The notes under the pieces: generated by a model
What the model was told of the DNA's origin: nothing
Databases searched by the model: none
The model's input: the letters and a program-made list of their open reading frames with translations, nothing else
Shown: one piece after another, positions 16,958-27,909 of the stretch
Position numbering within the stretch: the first letter of the stretch is position 1
How the letters are laid out: every line of letters begins with the position of its first letter
NCBI GenBank assembly: GCA_963816355.1
Contig: CAWFKH010000006.1
Location: 416,001-480,000, forward strand
Direction of reading: 5' to 3'
From: an uncultured Gemmatimonadales bacterium
Lineage (GTDB): Bacteria; Gemmatimonadota; Gemmatimonadetes; Longimicrobiales; RSA9
Length of the DNA stretch: 64,000 nucleotides
Made by a program: the position numbers and the translations under genes

Positions 16958-18259
16958 ATGCCGCAGCGCGACTACGCCCGCGAGGTGCAGGGCGCCATCT
17001 ACCTGGACGGCGCGCGCGGCCGCCGCCCCCGCGTTCCGGTGGCGCCGGAGCGGCTCGAGGCCGCGGCACACGCCCGCATGCGCCCGGCTGCGTTCGCCTA
17101 CGTGGCCGGCGGCGCGGGTGCCGAGCGAACGATCCGCGCGAACCGCGAGGCGTTCGAGCGCCGCCGCATCGTGCCGCGCGTGCTCCGCGACGTCGAGCGG
17201 CGCGACACGAGCCTCGCGCTCTTCGGACGCGTGCTCCCGGCGCCGCTCGTCCTGGCGCCGGTGGGCGTGCTCGAGCTGGCGCACGCGGACGCGGACCTGG
17301 CGGTGGCGCGCGCCGCGGCCGCCGCCGGCCTCCCGGTCGTCTTCTCCAGCCAGGCCTCCGTCCCGCTCGAGACGTGCACCGCCGTCATGGGCGGCGCGCC
17401 CCGCTGGTTCCAGCTCTACTGGAGCCGCAGCGACGACCTCGTCGAGAGCTTCGTCGCCCGCGCCGAGGCGTGCGGCTGCGACGCGATCGTGGTGACGCTC
17501 GACACGACGCTGCTCGGCTGGCGCCCGCGCGACCTCGACCTCGCTCACCTGCCGTTCCTGCGCGGAAGCGGCATCGCACAGTACACGAGCGATCCCGCGT
17601 TCCGGCGCCTGCTGGAAGCGGGGGATGGCGGGAGGACCGGCCCCGCCGCAGGGACCAGCGGGGCGGCCCGCCTCCGCGGCGCGTTCGCCGCCGCGCACTT
17701 CCTGTTGTCGCTGGCGCGCGCCTTCCCGGGCTCCACGCTGCGCAACGTGTTTTCGCGCTCGCCGCGCGCCGCGGTCGCGCTCTTCATCGAGACGTACTCG
17801 CGGCCGTCGCTGACCTGGGACGATCTCGCCTTCCTGCGGGAGCGGACGCGCCTGCCGATCGTGCTCAAGGGGATCCTGCACGCGGACGACGCGCGGCGGG
17901 CGGTGGACGCCGGTGTGGACGGGATCTGGGTCTCCAACCACGGCGGCCGGCAGGTCGACGGCGCGATCGCCTCGCTGGACGCGCTGCCGGGGATCGCGGA
18001 GGTGGTGCGCGGGCGGCTGCCGGTGCTCCTCGACGGCGGTGTCCGCGGCGGCGCGGACGCCTTCAAGGCGCTCGCCCTCGGCGCGACCGCGGTCGCGCTC
18101 GGGCGGCCGTACGTCTACGGCCTCGCGCTCGGCGGTGCGGTGGGCGTCGCGGAGGTGCTGCGCAACGTGCGGGCGGAGCTGGACCTGACGCTCGCGCTCA
18201 CCGGCTGTCGCGATCTCGACGACGCGCGCGCCGCGACGCTCGCGGAGGCCCCCGCCTGA
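16958..18259 (+). CDS. FMN-dependent alpha-hydroxy acid oxidase / lactate 2-monooxygenase family
   Basis: YVAGGAG.E.T...N, APVG, WFQLY, TLDT...GWR.RDL, LKGI, SNHGGRQ, DGGVR.G.D..KA.ALGA, GRP. Confidence 0.92.
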   Translation: MPQRDYAREVQGAIYLDGARGRRPRVPVAPERLEAAAHARMRPAAFAYVAGGAGAERTIRANREAFERRRIVPRVLRDVERRDTSLALFGRVLPAPLVLAPVGVLELAHADADLAVARAAAAAGLPVVFSSQASVPLETCTAVMGGAPRWFQLYWSRSDDLVESFVARAEACGCDAIVVTLDTTLLGWRPRDLDLAHLPFLRGSGIAQYTSDPAFRRLLEAGDGGRTGPAAGTSGAARLRGAFAAAHFLLSLARAFPGSTLRNVFSRSPRAAVALFIETYSRPSLTWDDLAFLRERTRLPIVLKGILHADDARRAVDAGVDGIWVSNHGGRQVDGAIASLDALPGIAEVVRGRLPVLLDGGVRGGADAFKALALGATAVALGRPYVYGLALGGAVGVAEVLRNVRAELDLTLALTGCRDLDDARAATLAEAPA

Positions 18260-18894
18260 GGATCCGGCGCGAGCGTCGCGGCGGCCGCGTCGGCCGTCGC
18301 CTGCCGGATCCAGCCGACGAAGTCGAAGCTCGCCGCTTCCCCGACCACGACCGCCACGGCGGCCGAGTCGACCGGCTCGAACGCATCCGGCTGCCCCGGC
18401 CGCTCGACGCCGCGGCCGACCGTGTATCCCGGTGCAAAATCGAGCAGCCAGTCGCCGAAGAGGTCGCCGCCGCCGGCCGTGGCGTAGATCACCGCCTCGC
18501 GGGGCGCGGCGGCGAAGACGGCGGGCAGCGAGTCGACGGCGATCTCGGCGCCGTCGGCGAGGAGGGTGTCCGTGGTGAGGACGATCGTGCCGACGCCGAA
18601 TCCGCCGGCGTTCAGCGCGGCGGGCGGCGGCCGGCGGTCGAGGCGGAGCGTGAAGCTCGCGCCGTCGTCGGCGATCGTGCCCTGGCCGAAGACGTAGCGA
18701 TAATCCGGGGAGCCGAAGGCGACGGTCCATAGCACGACGAGGCGGGCGTTTTCCGGGATCGGGACCGCGTCCCCGTTCTCGATCGAGCCGAGGACAGTGA
18801 TGCGGTGCGCCGAGGGCGCGGTAGGCGAGCCGGTGCACGCGGCGAGCGGCGACAGCAGGAGAGCCAGCAGCGAGCGGCGGGCGGCGCGTCGCAC
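18115..18894 (-). CDS. hypothetical lipoprotein
   Basis: Signal peptide with lipobox LAAC; globular body. The 3' end runs 145 nt into the convergent oxidase gene. Confidence 0.65.
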   Translation of the reverse strand: MRRAARRSLLALLLSPLAACTGSPTAPSAHRITVLGSIENGDAVPIPENARLVVLWTVAFGSPDYRYVFGQGTIADDGASFTLRLDRRPPPAALNAGGFGVGTIVLTTDTLLADGAEIAVDSLPAVFAAAPREAVIYATAGGGDLFGDWLLDFAPGYTVGRGVERPGQPDAFEPVDSAAVAVVVGEAASFDFVGWIRQATADAAAATLAPDPQAGASASVAARASSRSRQPVSASVRSSSARTLRSTSATPTAPPSARP

Positions 18895-18897
18895 GGG

Positions 18898-20301
18898 CTA
18901 GCCGGCGCTCGCGGGCGCCGGCTCCCGCTTGCGCTCCGCGGGCGCGGCGACGTAGTCGCGCAGCCCCTCGAGAACGGCGATGAAGCGGTCGACGTCGGCG
19001 GCGTTGCTCGGGATCCCGAAGGAGACCCTCACCGCGCCGATCGCCGCGTCGTCCATGCACGCGGAGAAGCGCTCCATGTCGAACTCGGCCGGCGACATCG
19101 TCGTGAAGCAGCGTCGCGACTCCTCCTCGCGGAAGCCGAAGGCGAACTCGGCCGCGCCGGGATTGCAGAAGCAGCCGGTGCGGATCGACACGCCGGCGGC
19201 GGCGGCGCGCTTCTCGACCACCTGGTAGGCGACGTCGGCGCCGCTCGCATCGCGCACGTTGAAGGCGATCGTCGCGCCGCGTTCCTGCATCGACGTGGGG
19301 CCGTAGACGTGGACGAGCGGGGCGCCGCTGGAGTGGCGGAGCGCGATCATGCGGTCGAGCGCGGCGGCCGCGAGGCCGCGGACGTGCGCGCCGATGGCGT
19401 CGATTCCGAGCCGCTCGAGAAGGTCGAAGCCGCCCGGCAGGGCGCCGATCGCCAGGAAGTTCGGCGTGCCGTCCTCGAACCCTTCCGCGCTCCCCTTCAG
19501 CAGATGCAGACGGTTCTGGGCCGAGACGAAGCGCACCGTTCCGCCCGCGAACCAGGGGCGGCGCAGCCGCGCGAGCGCGTCGCGCCGCGCGATCAGCGCG
19601 CCGACGCCGGTCGGGTAGCCGAACATCTTGTAGAAGGAGACCGCGACGAACGCGGCGCGCACGGCGCCGAGGTCGAGCCGGTTCGTCGGCACGAACGCCG
19701 CCGCGTCGAGGAGCACGTCGTACCCGCGGCTGTGCGCCAGGTCGACCCACTCGAGCGGGTGCTTCACGCCGGAGAAGTTGGACTGCGCGGGGAACGCGAA
19801 GAGGCACGCGTGCGAAGCGTCGGCGGCCGGCAGCGTGCGCGCGAGGTCCTGCATGCGCAGCGCCGGGTCGAGCGGCAGGTACTCCACCGTCGCCTCGCGC
19901 GCCTCCGCGAAGCGGCGGATTCCGTTGACCGAATTGTGGTTGTCCGCCGAGAGCACGAAGCGCGAGCCCCGCTCGAACGGGTAGCTCTCGCCCACCAGCT
20001 TCAGCGCGGCGCTCGCGTTCGCGGTGAAGCACACCTCGTACTCCGCCGGGTCCGCGGAGAAGAAGGAGAGGACGCGCTCGCGCGCCGCGGTGACGAGGGC
20101 GGTGCTCGCGCGCGACGCGGGCGTCGCCGAGTGAGGATTGCCGAACACGCCGCTGCGCAGCGCCTCACAGTGCTCGCGGACGTGCGAGTCGGCGTAGATG
20201 CCGCTGCCCGTGTAGTCGAGATAGGTATGTCCGGCCGCGTCCAGGCGCGCGAACTCCGTCGCCCGGAGACGTTCGAAGATGAGGGCCGGCGATGCGTCCA
20301 T
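18898..20301 (-). CDS. class V PLP-dependent aminotransferase / molybdenum-cofactor sulfurase-like protein
   Basis: YLDYTGSG, FTANAS.ALKLVGESYPF, DNHNSVNGIR, AQSNFSG, LDAAAF, PLP-Lys SFYKMFGYPTGVG, FEDGT, RTGCFCNPG. Confidence 0.88.
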   Translation of the reverse strand: MDASPALIFERLRATEFARLDAAGHTYLDYTGSGIYADSHVREHCEALRSGVFGNPHSATPASRASTALVTAARERVLSFFSADPAEYEVCFTANASAALKLVGESYPFERGSRFVLSADNHNSVNGIRRFAEAREATVEYLPLDPALRMQDLARTLPAADASHACLFAFPAQSNFSGVKHPLEWVDLAHSRGYDVLLDAAAFVPTNRLDLGAVRAAFVAVSFYKMFGYPTGVGALIARRDALARLRRPWFAGGTVRFVSAQNRLHLLKGSAEGFEDGTPNFLAIGALPGGFDLLERLGIDAIGAHVRGLAAAALDRMIALRHSSGAPLVHVYGPTSMQERGATIAFNVRDASGADVAYQVVEKRAAAAGVSIRTGCFCNPGAAEFAFGFREEESRRCFTTMSPAEFDMERFSACMDDAAIGAVRVSFGIPSNAADVDRFIAVLEGLRDYVAAPAERKREPAPASAG

Positions 20302-20416
20302 GGCACTGCTCCCGCGCAAGATCCCGCCCGAACGGCGGCCACTCCTCATTCTGCCGCCGCGGCGCCGCCGCGTCCAGCCCCCGCCGCGGCCCGTCCCGCC
20401 GCGGCCCGCACGCGCT

Positions 20417-21103
20417 TCAATAGTCGAGCGCGAGGGCGTGGCACAGCCACCGCATCAGCGGCGCGCCGGCCGCGAAGGTCCCGGCGACGTCGTCCGCCAG
20501 AGACGCGCGCACGACCGCCGCGTCGCGGAGCGGGCGGGCGACGATGAAGTCCTTGCGGCGCAGATCCTCGATCCGGGGGTGGGCCGCGTCGAAGCCGCGG
20601 GGCGCGCGGACGAGCGAGTCGCCCTCCAGCGCGAGGCCCGCTCCGGCGACGGCATCGCGCGCGCGAACCCAGCGCTCGCTCTCCTCGGCGATCGCGCTCC
20701 GGATCCGGCGCAGCGATGCGGAGTCCGGGTGCCACATCCCCATCGCGGCGAAACAGCCGCCGGGCTCGATGTGCAGGTAGAAGCCGGGCGCGTGCACGTC
20801 CTTCCCCCGCGCGTGCCGGAACTGGATGCCGAGGTGCGTCTTGTACGGCCGCTTGTCGGCCGCGAACCGGACGTCTCGATGGATGCGGAAGAGCGAGCCG
20901 CCGACCGCGCGCGGATCCGCCCGGAATCGCGGCGCGATGCGCTCCAGCCGCGGGCCGAAGTCCACGATGAAGCGCAGCGCGGGATCCCGCGCGTCACGCT
21001 GCCAGCGGCGGCGGTGCGCGTGGAACCACTCGCGGTCGTTGTTCTCGCGCAGCTCGCGCAGGAAGGCGAGCGTGGCGCGCGTGAAGTGCGCCGTCTCCGT
21101 CAT
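20417..21103 (-). CDS. DUF2461 family protein
   Basis: FLREL..NN.REWF, FRIHRDVRF..DK.PYK, PGFYLHIEP, LR..IR..I, PRGF..HP.IEDLR.K.F. Confidence 0.88.
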   Translation of the reverse strand: MTETAHFTRATLAFLRELRENNDREWFHAHRRRWQRDARDPALRFIVDFGPRLERIAPRFRADPRAVGGSLFRIHRDVRFAADKRPYKTHLGIQFRHARGKDVHAPGFYLHIEPGGCFAAMGMWHPDSASLRRIRSAIAEESERWVRARDAVAGAGLALEGDSLVRAPRGFDAAHPRIEDLRRKDFIVARPLRDAAVVRASLADDVAGTFAAGAPLMRWLCHALALDY

Positions 21104-21179
21104 GCTCGCTCGCTCTCCCGCCGTGGGCCGCCTGGCTCGTTCACAGGCGCCCGTCCGCACATCGACCAGCGGTCTCCGC

Positions 21180-21455
21180 TCACAATCGGAGCCAGACGGC
21201 GAGCACCGCTCCGGCTCCGAATAGGTAGAAGAGGACGCGGAAGAGGCGGGCACGCCGGAGCAGCGCCTGCCCGTGCTCGGTAAGCCCCTCCCTGCGGGCC
21301 AGAGCGACCCGCGGCGCCGCTGACGTGGCGCCGCCTCGCCCCCCGGTCGCTTCGGCGTCCGTCGTCCACTCCCTGTGAGCCATCTGGACGTAGCGGGCGC
21401 GCAGGAAGGCGAAGACCATCGCCGCCGCGAGCAGTGCGATCCCCACGAGTCCCAT
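21180..21455 (-). CDS. small two-helix membrane protein
   Basis: ATG after GGAGG; two hydrophobic segments. Confidence 0.6.
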   Translation of the reverse strand: MGLVGIALLAAAMVFAFLRARYVQMAHREWTTDAEATGGRGGATSAAPRVALARREGLTEHGQALLRRARLFRVLFYLFGAGAVLAVWLRL

Positions 21456-21481
21456 CGTTCCTCCTTCCGGCGGGCCGCGGA

Positions 21482-21982
21482 TCAGGCCCGCCGTTCCCCG
21501 ATCAGCGCGGCGAGGCGGTCCAGCAGCTCGGCCTGCGCGGGGTTGATCCGGCGCCGTGCGTCGTTGCCGACGAACCAGCCGCAGCGATCGATCTCCGGGA
21601 AGCGGAGGACGCGGCCGGACCCGCGCGGCCATTCGACGCTAACCTCGTTGCTGCGGACGTTCTCCGGGTCGACGTCGCCTTCGGCCGCCCACGCGTGGAC
21701 GACCTTCCCCGCCTTCTGGCGGATCGAGCCGAGCGGGATCAGCTCGCCTTGGACCGTCACTCCGGTCTCCTCCTGGAATTCGCGGCGGGCCGCCGCCTCG
21801 AGCGCTTCGCCCGCTTCCGGCTCGCCCTTCGGGATCGTCCAGGCGCCGGCGTCGCGGCGGGACCAGAAGGGGCCTCCGGGGTGGGCGAGGAAGACCTCGG
21901 TGGCGGCGTCGCGGCGACGGAAGAGGAGCAGCCCGGCGCTCTCGGCCGCGCGCTTCCGCGCCTTCCCTCCACTGGCGTTCAC
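21482..21982 (-). CDS. NUDIX hydrolase
   Basis: SAGLLL, LAHPGGPFW...D.GAWTIPKGE, Nudix box AARREFQEETG, FPEIDR. Confidence 0.92.
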   Translation of the reverse strand: MNASGGKARKRAAESAGLLLFRRRDAATEVFLAHPGGPFWSRRDAGAWTIPKGEPEAGEALEAAARREFQEETGVTVQGELIPLGSIRQKAGKVVHAWAAEGDVDPENVRSNEVSVEWPRGSGRVLRFPEIDRCGWFVGNDARRRINPAQAELLDRLAALIGERRA

Positions 21983-22024
21983 GCCTTCCCTCCGCTGGCG
22001 TCCACCGTCGGGTCGCGGGCGAGC

Positions 22025-22255
22025 TCAGTCGCCGTGCTTCTCGAGCAGGCGCTGGGTGAACTCCTGCTGCTCCCGCAACTGATCGATTTCGCGCTGCAGC
22101 GATTCGACCTGCTCCTGCAGCCGCTCGACATCCTGCGCGCGGGCGACGGGCTCGGCGGGGCGCCCACCGGGACCGCGGTCGTAGGAGCCGCGGAGCGCCC
22201 GCAGCATCACGTATCCGATCACCAGCAGGAGCGCGAGCTCGCCTGCACCGATCAT
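22025..22255 (-). CDS. small membrane-anchored coiled-coil protein
   Basis: N-terminal TM helix and heptad-rich C-terminus; AAGGAG upstream. Confidence 0.65.
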   Translation of the reverse strand: MIGAGELALLLVIGYVMLRALRGSYDRGPGGRPAEPVARAQDVERLQEQVESLQREIDQLREQQEFTQRLLEKHGD

Positions 22256-22507
22256 GCGACGTCTCCTTGCGGCGTGGCGGGAAGCGTCGACCCTCTCCGC
22301 GGGTCAATGTCGCGGCGAGCCGGGCGAGGGGAAAGGGCACCAACACTTTCCGCGAACAGAGCCGGACGGCCGCAGCGGGAGGTGCACCGCCGTCGGGGGC
22401 GGGGGGGCGCGTTTTTCCAGGCGGCACGGGGTGGCGCCGCCCGCGACCCGTTCATAGCATTGCCTGCGCAGACCTGACGCGCAGCCCGAACCGCGGAGCG
22501 TCCTTCG

Positions 22508-25500
22508 ATGCGATCGTCCCGTTCGTCCATGCTCGACGGCTCCTCTTCCTGCCTGTCGGCGTGCCTGGCGTCGCTCCTCGCCGTCGCTCCGCTCACCGCA
22601 CAGGGGGCGGCGCCGGACACGGCGGCTGCGGCGGCGCGTCGCCCGCCGCTCCGTTCCATGAACGGGGCCGCCCCCGCGTCGCTCGTGAGCGGCGCCGCCA
22701 CGGGGCCGTTCCGCGAGCTCGGCTTCCGCTCGATCGGGCCGGCGGTGATGGGCGGCCGCATCCACGACGTGCAGGCGCTGCCGGCCGATCCGAGCACGGT
22801 GATCGTGGCGAGCGCGACCGGCGGCCTGTGGGAATCAACGAACCACGGCACGACGTGGGCGCCGATCTTCGACGACGAGCCGACCGGCACGTTCGGCGTG
22901 GTCGCCATCGCGCCGTCCGATCCGCGGGTGATCTGGGCGGGAACCGGCGAGCAGAACAACCGGCAGAGCAGCTCCTGGGGCGACGGCGTGTACCGCTCGA
23001 CCGATGGCGGCGGCACGTGGACGCGCGTCGGGCTCGAGCGCACGCGTGCGATCGGCCGCATCGTCGTCGACCCGACGAACCCGGACGTGGCGTGGGTCGC
23101 GGCGCTCGGCAACCTGTGGAAGCCGTCGCCGGAGCGGGGCGTCTTCAGGACGGCGGATGGCGGCCGCACGTGGAGCAAGGTGCTCTTCGTGGACACGACG
23201 ACGGGCGTCGTCGATCTCGTCGCGGACCCGCACGACGCGAAGACGCTCTACGCCGCGGCGTACCAGCGGCAGCGGACGCCGTGGGGGTACAACGGTGGCG
23301 GCCCGGGAAGCGGCATCTATCGCAGTCGCGACGGCGGCGACACGTGGACGCGGCTGAGCGGCGGCCTTCCCACGACGCAGATGGGGCGCATCGGGCTCGC
23401 CACGGCGCGAAACACGCCCGGGCTCGTGTACGCGATCGTGGAGAACGCGGACGCGGGCGGCCTCTACCGCACGGCCGACGGCGGCGAGAGCTGGACGCGC
23501 GTCAACGAGTACAACGAGCGGCCGGTCTACTACAGCTCGCTCTACGTCGATCCGACGGACGACCAGCGCCTCTACCTGCTCGCGCGCTGGTTCCATCGCA
23601 GCGACGACGGCGGCCGCACGTGGCGCACGCTTCCCACCGAGCCCACCTACGACGTGGGGCTGAAGGGCGACTACCACGCGATGTGGATCGACCCGGGCGA
23701 CTCGCGCCACTTCTATCTCGCCGGCGACGGCGGCCTCTATCAGACGTGGGACCGCGGCGAGACGTACCAGCGCATCAACAATCTGCCGATCGGCCAGTTC
23801 TACGGCATCGGCCTGGACGACGCCTCGCCGTACCGCGTCTACGGCGGTATGCAGGACAACCACTCCTGGCTGGGTCCGAGCGCCACCCGCCACTACCTCG
23901 GCATCACGGGCGGCGACTGGCGGGAGATCGGCTTCAACGACGGGCTCGAGCAGTTCGTCGACCTCGATGGCCCTCGCCACGTCTACAGCAACGCCGTCGA
24001 GGGCGACCTCACGCGGGTCGACGCGAACACCGGCGACCGTCGCGACATCCACCCGCAGCCGCCACCCGGGGCGCCGGCGTACCGCTGGGAGTGGATGACG
24101 CCCGGCTTCGCGTCGCGCCACACGCCCGGCCTCTTCTACTATGGCGGCGACCGCCTCTTCGTCACCCGCGACCACGGCACGACGTGGACCGCGACCCAGG
24201 ACCTCACGCGCCACATCGACCGCGACACGCTGGCGATCATGGGTGTGGCCGGCTCCCGCATCGCGCTCTCCCGCAACGACGGTCAGTCCGCCTATTCCGC
24301 CATCTCCGCGATCGCCGAGTCACCGCTCGATGGCTCGCTCCTCTGGGTCGGCACGGACGACGGCAACATCCAGCTCTCGCGCGACGGCGGCGCGACCTGG
24401 ACGGAGGTCGGACACGCGATCACCGGCGCACCCGACGGCGCCTACGTCAGCCGCATCGCCGCGTCGCGCGAGGCGCCCGGCGTCGCCTACGTCGCGCTCG
24501 ACGACCACCGTCGCGGCGACTTCGCGCCGTACGCCTTCCGCACCGCCGACTTCGGCGCCACCTGGACGCCCATTGTGGGCGGACTGCCGGCGGACGGCTC
24601 GGTCCGCTTCATCGGCGAGCACCCGGACCGCGCGGGCGTGCTCTTCCTGGGCACCGAGCACGCGCTGTGGATCTCGACGGACCGCGGCGCGCACTGGGAC
24701 CGCCTCGGGGCGAACCTGCCCAGCACGCTCTACATGGAAGTGGAGGTGCAGCCGCGCACGCACGACGTGGTCGTCGCGACGCACGGGCGCAGCCTGTGGA
24801 TCCTCGACGACGGCTCGGCGCTGGCGGAGTGGACGCCCGCCGTCGCGCGCGAGCCGGCGCACCTGTTCTCCGTCCGGCCCGCGCGCATCTGGCAGTACTG
24901 GGAGGACCATTCCTACCGCGGCCAGGACTACTGGACCGGCGAGAACCCACCGGAGGGCGCGATCCTCGATTACACGCTCGGCCGCGACGTGGATTCCGCG
25001 ACGATCACGATCTCGGACGGGTCCGGCGCCGTGGTGCGGACCCTGCGCGGGGCCGGGACGTCGGGCGCGGTCCACCGCGTGGTGTGGGACCTGCGCCACG
25101 AGCCGCCACCCGCGCAGCCGCCGGAAGCGGGTACGCCGCAGTCGCGGGCGCTGCCGCTTCCGCCGCGGCCGCTGGGAGCGCGGGGTCCATGGGTGTCGCC
25201 GGGCACGTACACGGTGACCCTCGCCGCCGCCGGCGCGACGTCGACAGGGTCAGTGGAAGTGCTTCCCGATCCCGGCATGCCGCAGCTCACGCGCGAACAG
25301 TACCGCGACCGTGAAGCGTTCCTGGTGACGCTGCTCGACGTACAGCGACGCGCCTTCGAGCGCTCGCGCCGTCCCGGCGCCTCGCCGGCCGAGCGCCGCC
25401 TCTACTTCGCCGCCACGTCGCTGGCGGGCGACTTCAACGGCAGCGGCTCCGTGCAGGGCACGCTCTATCCGCCCACGCCGGCGCAACGGGCGCGCCTCGC

Positions 25501-25534
25501 CGGGCTGCAGGCGGCGCTCGGCGAGGGCAGATAG
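22508..25534 (+). CDS. secreted BNR/Asp-box (VPS10/GH74-like) beta-propeller protein, paralog 1
   Basis: Signal peptide, RSIGP..GGR, many S/T-x-D-G-G-x-T-W repeats, GGMQDN, THGRS.W.LDD, GENPP.GA. Start uncertain (22508 or 22529). Confidence 0.88.
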   Translation: MRSSRSSMLDGSSSCLSACLASLLAVAPLTAQGAAPDTAAAAARRPPLRSMNGAAPASLVSGAATGPFRELGFRSIGPAVMGGRIHDVQALPADPSTVIVASATGGLWESTNHGTTWAPIFDDEPTGTFGVVAIAPSDPRVIWAGTGEQNNRQSSSWGDGVYRSTDGGGTWTRVGLERTRAIGRIVVDPTNPDVAWVAALGNLWKPSPERGVFRTADGGRTWSKVLFVDTTTGVVDLVADPHDAKTLYAAAYQRQRTPWGYNGGGPGSGIYRSRDGGDTWTRLSGGLPTTQMGRIGLATARNTPGLVYAIVENADAGGLYRTADGGESWTRVNEYNERPVYYSSLYVDPTDDQRLYLLARWFHRSDDGGRTWRTLPTEPTYDVGLKGDYHAMWIDPGDSRHFYLAGDGGLYQTWDRGETYQRINNLPIGQFYGIGLDDASPYRVYGGMQDNHSWLGPSATRHYLGITGGDWREIGFNDGLEQFVDLDGPRHVYSNAVEGDLTRVDANTGDRRDIHPQPPPGAPAYRWEWMTPGFASRHTPGLFYYGGDRLFVTRDHGTTWTATQDLTRHIDRDTLAIMGVAGSRIALSRNDGQSAYSAISAIAESPLDGSLLWVGTDDGNIQLSRDGGATWTEVGHAITGAPDGAYVSRIAASREAPGVAYVALDDHRRGDFAPYAFRTADFGATWTPIVGGLPADGSVRFIGEHPDRAGVLFLGTEHALWISTDRGAHWDRLGANLPSTLYMEVEVQPRTHDVVVATHGRSLWILDDGSALAEWTPAVAREPAHLFSVRPARIWQYWEDHSYRGQDYWTGENPPEGAILDYTLGRDVDSATITISDGSGAVVRTLRGAGTSGAVHRVVWDLRHEPPPAQPPEAGTPQSRALPLPPRPLGARGPWVSPGTYTVTLAAAGATSTGSVEVLPDPGMPQLTREQYRDREAFLVTLLDVQRRAFERSRRPGASPAERRLYFAATSLAGDFNGSGSVQGTLYPPTPAQRARLAGLQAALGEGR

Positions 25535-25547
25535 ACGACGCCGCGCG

Positions 25548-26150
25548 TCAGCTCCCGCCGCCGACGGAGCGGCTGACGATGGTGATCGGCTCGGGATAGC
25601 GGATCGGACCGATCGGCGTCTGGATGGTGGGCGTCGCGCGCAGGCTCAGGCGTGTCGGAGCGCCGCCCTGCCCGGCCAGGTTCAGCGCGAGATCCAGGAG
25701 CCCACGGGCGTCGCGCTGGAAGAAATCGTAGAGGTCCAGCCGTATCGCGACCGGGATGTCGGTCGGCTTCCCGGGCGGCAGCAGGATCTCGCGGTCGAGC
25801 GTGCCGGAGACCGTCTCCGCGTCGTCGATCAGCAGCGTCCAATCGAGGCGGAGGAGCCGGGCCGTAACGGTGTTCTCCGCCGGGTTCGTGCCCTCGACGT
25901 GGAGGTCGAAGGAGAGCGGCACGTCCCGGTTGGCCACCGCGAGCGCGAGCTGCGCGGCGTCGGCGGCCGTCAGGTCGCGGTAGGAACCGATGCGGCCCAG
26001 CGAGATCCCGACGAGATGTGCGTTCGTCACGCCGTCGATGCGGAAGGCGACGTCGCGCAACGCCGCCACCTGCTGCAGCGTCGCGCAGCCGGCGAGCGCG
26101 AGCACGAGCGCGCCGGCGCACGTCCGCGCGACGATCCGGTACATTCGCAT
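25548..26150 (-). CDS. LEA type 2 / WHy-like lipoprotein
   Basis: Lipobox LAGC; NP..N...A.L..LDW.L.ID pattern; TPIGP. Confidence 0.7.
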   Translation of the reverse strand: MRMYRIVARTCAGALVLALAGCATLQQVAALRDVAFRIDGVTNAHLVGISLGRIGSYRDLTAADAAQLALAVANRDVPLSFDLHVEGTNPAENTVTARLLRLDWTLLIDDAETVSGTLDREILLPPGKPTDIPVAIRLDLYDFFQRDARGLLDLALNLAGQGGAPTRLSLRATPTIQTPIGPIRYPEPITIVSRSVGGGS

Positions 26151-26232
26151 GCCTCCTCCACTGTGGCGGTCGCTCGGCTGTGTCTCCGCAGGAAGCTCGC
26201 CAACGTCCCGAGGGACGGTGCGCCGGCGCGAT

Positions 26233-27279
26233 TCAGGCCGCGGCCACCGACCGCAGCACCGCGGCGGCGCGCTCGCACCGCTCGGCGCTGACGTCGAGGT
26301 GGGTCACGGCGCGCACGGTCCGCGGGCCGAACGTGGAGACGAGGACGCCTCGCTCGCGTGCGCGAGCGAGGAGGGTCTCCGCGTCGACGGCGTCGCTCGC
26401 CAGGTCGAAGAAGACGATGTTGGTCTCGACCGTCGCGGCGTCGATGGCGATCAGCGGAGAGTCGGCCAACGCCGCCGCAATGCGGCGCGCGTTCGCGTGG
26501 TCGGTGGCGAGGCGATCGAGGTTGTGGTCGAGCGCGTACAGCCCGGCGGCGGCGAGGATGCCGGTCTGGCGCATCGCGCCGCCCAGCATGCGGCGCTGGC
26601 GCTCCGCGTCGCGCATGATCGTGCGCGGTCCGGCGAGCAGGGAGCCGGCGGGGGCGCCGAGGCCTTTCGAGAGCGCCACGCCCACCAGGTCGAACGGCGC
26701 CGCCAGCTCCGCGACGCTGCGTCCGCTGGCGGCGGCGGCGTTCCACAGGCGCGCGCCATCGAGGTAGGTCGCGAGGCCGTGCTCGCGCGCCGCCTCGCAC
26801 ACACGCACGACTTCCCGTTGCGGCCACACCACGCCGCCGGCGCGATTGTGCGTGTTCTCCACCTCGATGAGGGTCGTCGCGGGGTAGATCATGTGTCCGC
26901 GGGGCTTGATGGCGGCGGCGAGCTGCTCGGCGGTGAAGGTGCCTCGCTCGCCGGCGACGGTGAACTGGACGCCGGCGTTGGCGCCGCCGGCGCCCGCCTC
27001 GTGCCAGACGGCGTGGCTCTGCCAACCCACGACGACGTCGTCGCCGGGGCGCGTCAGCAGCCGCAGCGCCATCTGGTTCGCCATCGTCCCGCTCGGCACG
27101 AAGAGCGCCGCCTCCTTGCCGAGCAGCGCCGCGATGCGCTTCTGCAGCAGGTTCGTCGTCGGGTCCTCTCCGTACTGCTCGTCGCCGACGTCGGCGCGGG
27201 CCATTGCCTCGCGCATGGCGGCGTCCGGCCGCGTCACCGTGTCGGAGCGAAGATCGATCGCCGCCTCGCTCGTAGGCAT
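26233..27279 (-). CDS. ltaE: low-specificity L-threonine aldolase
   Basis: [40 protein letters not shown]-Lys [19 protein letters not shown] after AGGAGG. Confidence 0.92.
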   Translation of the reverse strand: MPTSEAAIDLRSDTVTRPDAAMREAMARADVGDEQYGEDPTTNLLQKRIAALLGKEAALFVPSGTMANQMALRLLTRPGDDVVVGWQSHAVWHEAGAGGANAGVQFTVAGERGTFTAEQLAAAIKPRGHMIYPATTLIEVENTHNRAGGVVWPQREVVRVCEAAREHGLATYLDGARLWNAAAASGRSVAELAAPFDLVGVALSKGLGAPAGSLLAGPRTIMRDAERQRRMLGGAMRQTGILAAAGLYALDHNLDRLATDHANARRIAAALADSPLIAIDAATVETNIVFFDLASDAVDAETLLARARERGVLVSTFGPRTVRAVTHLDVSAERCERAAAVLRSVAAA

Positions 27280-27286
27280 CACCCTC

Positions 27287-27742
27287 CTATCGGTCTCCGA
27301 CCGCGGAGCGCTCGCGCGCGATCTCGCGTAGCGAGTCCGCGATCGCGTTGTGGCCGCGCGTGAGATCGGAGCAGCCGGCCCAGTGCGACTGCAGCGCGTC
27401 GGCGCGCCGCCGCCACTCCGGGATCGCCTCGTTGTAATCCTGGACGGCGCCGAGGTAGGCCGGGTACTCGGACGCCGCCACCTTCCCCGGCTGGCGCTCG
27501 TAGGCGGCCGCCGCGCCGCGCAGCGAGTCGACGCGCCGGTCGAACATCGCGAAAGCGTCGCGCTCGACGTCGAGCGCGGCGCGGCATGAGTCGATGGCGG
27601 CGCGCGCCTCGCGCAGTCGGCCGAGCAGCGCGTCCTTGCGCCCGTGCTCGCTCATCCGCCCCGCCACCGTCCAGACGCCCGCGATCATGACGACCGCGGC
27701 CACGGCGAGGACGAAGCGCGGCAGCGTCGTACGTCCCGGCAT
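27287..27742 (-). CDS. hypothetical membrane-anchored helical protein
   Basis: ATG after AAGGAG; N-terminal TM helix then a coiled-coil with two Cys. Confidence 0.6.
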   Translation of the reverse strand: MPGRTTLPRFVLAVAAVVMIAGVWTVAGRMSEHGRKDALLGRLREARAAIDSCRAALDVERDAFAMFDRRVDSLRGAAAAYERQPGKVAASEYPAYLGAVQDYNEAIPEWRRRADALQSHWAGCSDLTRGHNAIADSLREIARERSAVGDR

Positions 27743-27909
27743 CCGGCTCCTTCCGTGCGATGAGACGCGGATCGGCCGCGGGCACGACGCAATGTGAGGC
27801 GTCGTCCGGTGCGCGGCCAGGGAGGGGGCGGGCAGGGCGTTCTGGACCCGGGGCGCCGAGCGTCGCATCCTTCATGCGACCCGCCGCGCTCCCCGAACCT
27901 TCGAGGCCG

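Noticed and set aside
16874..20032. Apparent 1266-aa fusion ending in the O-methyltransferase
   Set aside because: Open-frame artefact across three other genes; the SD-supported start is 16873.
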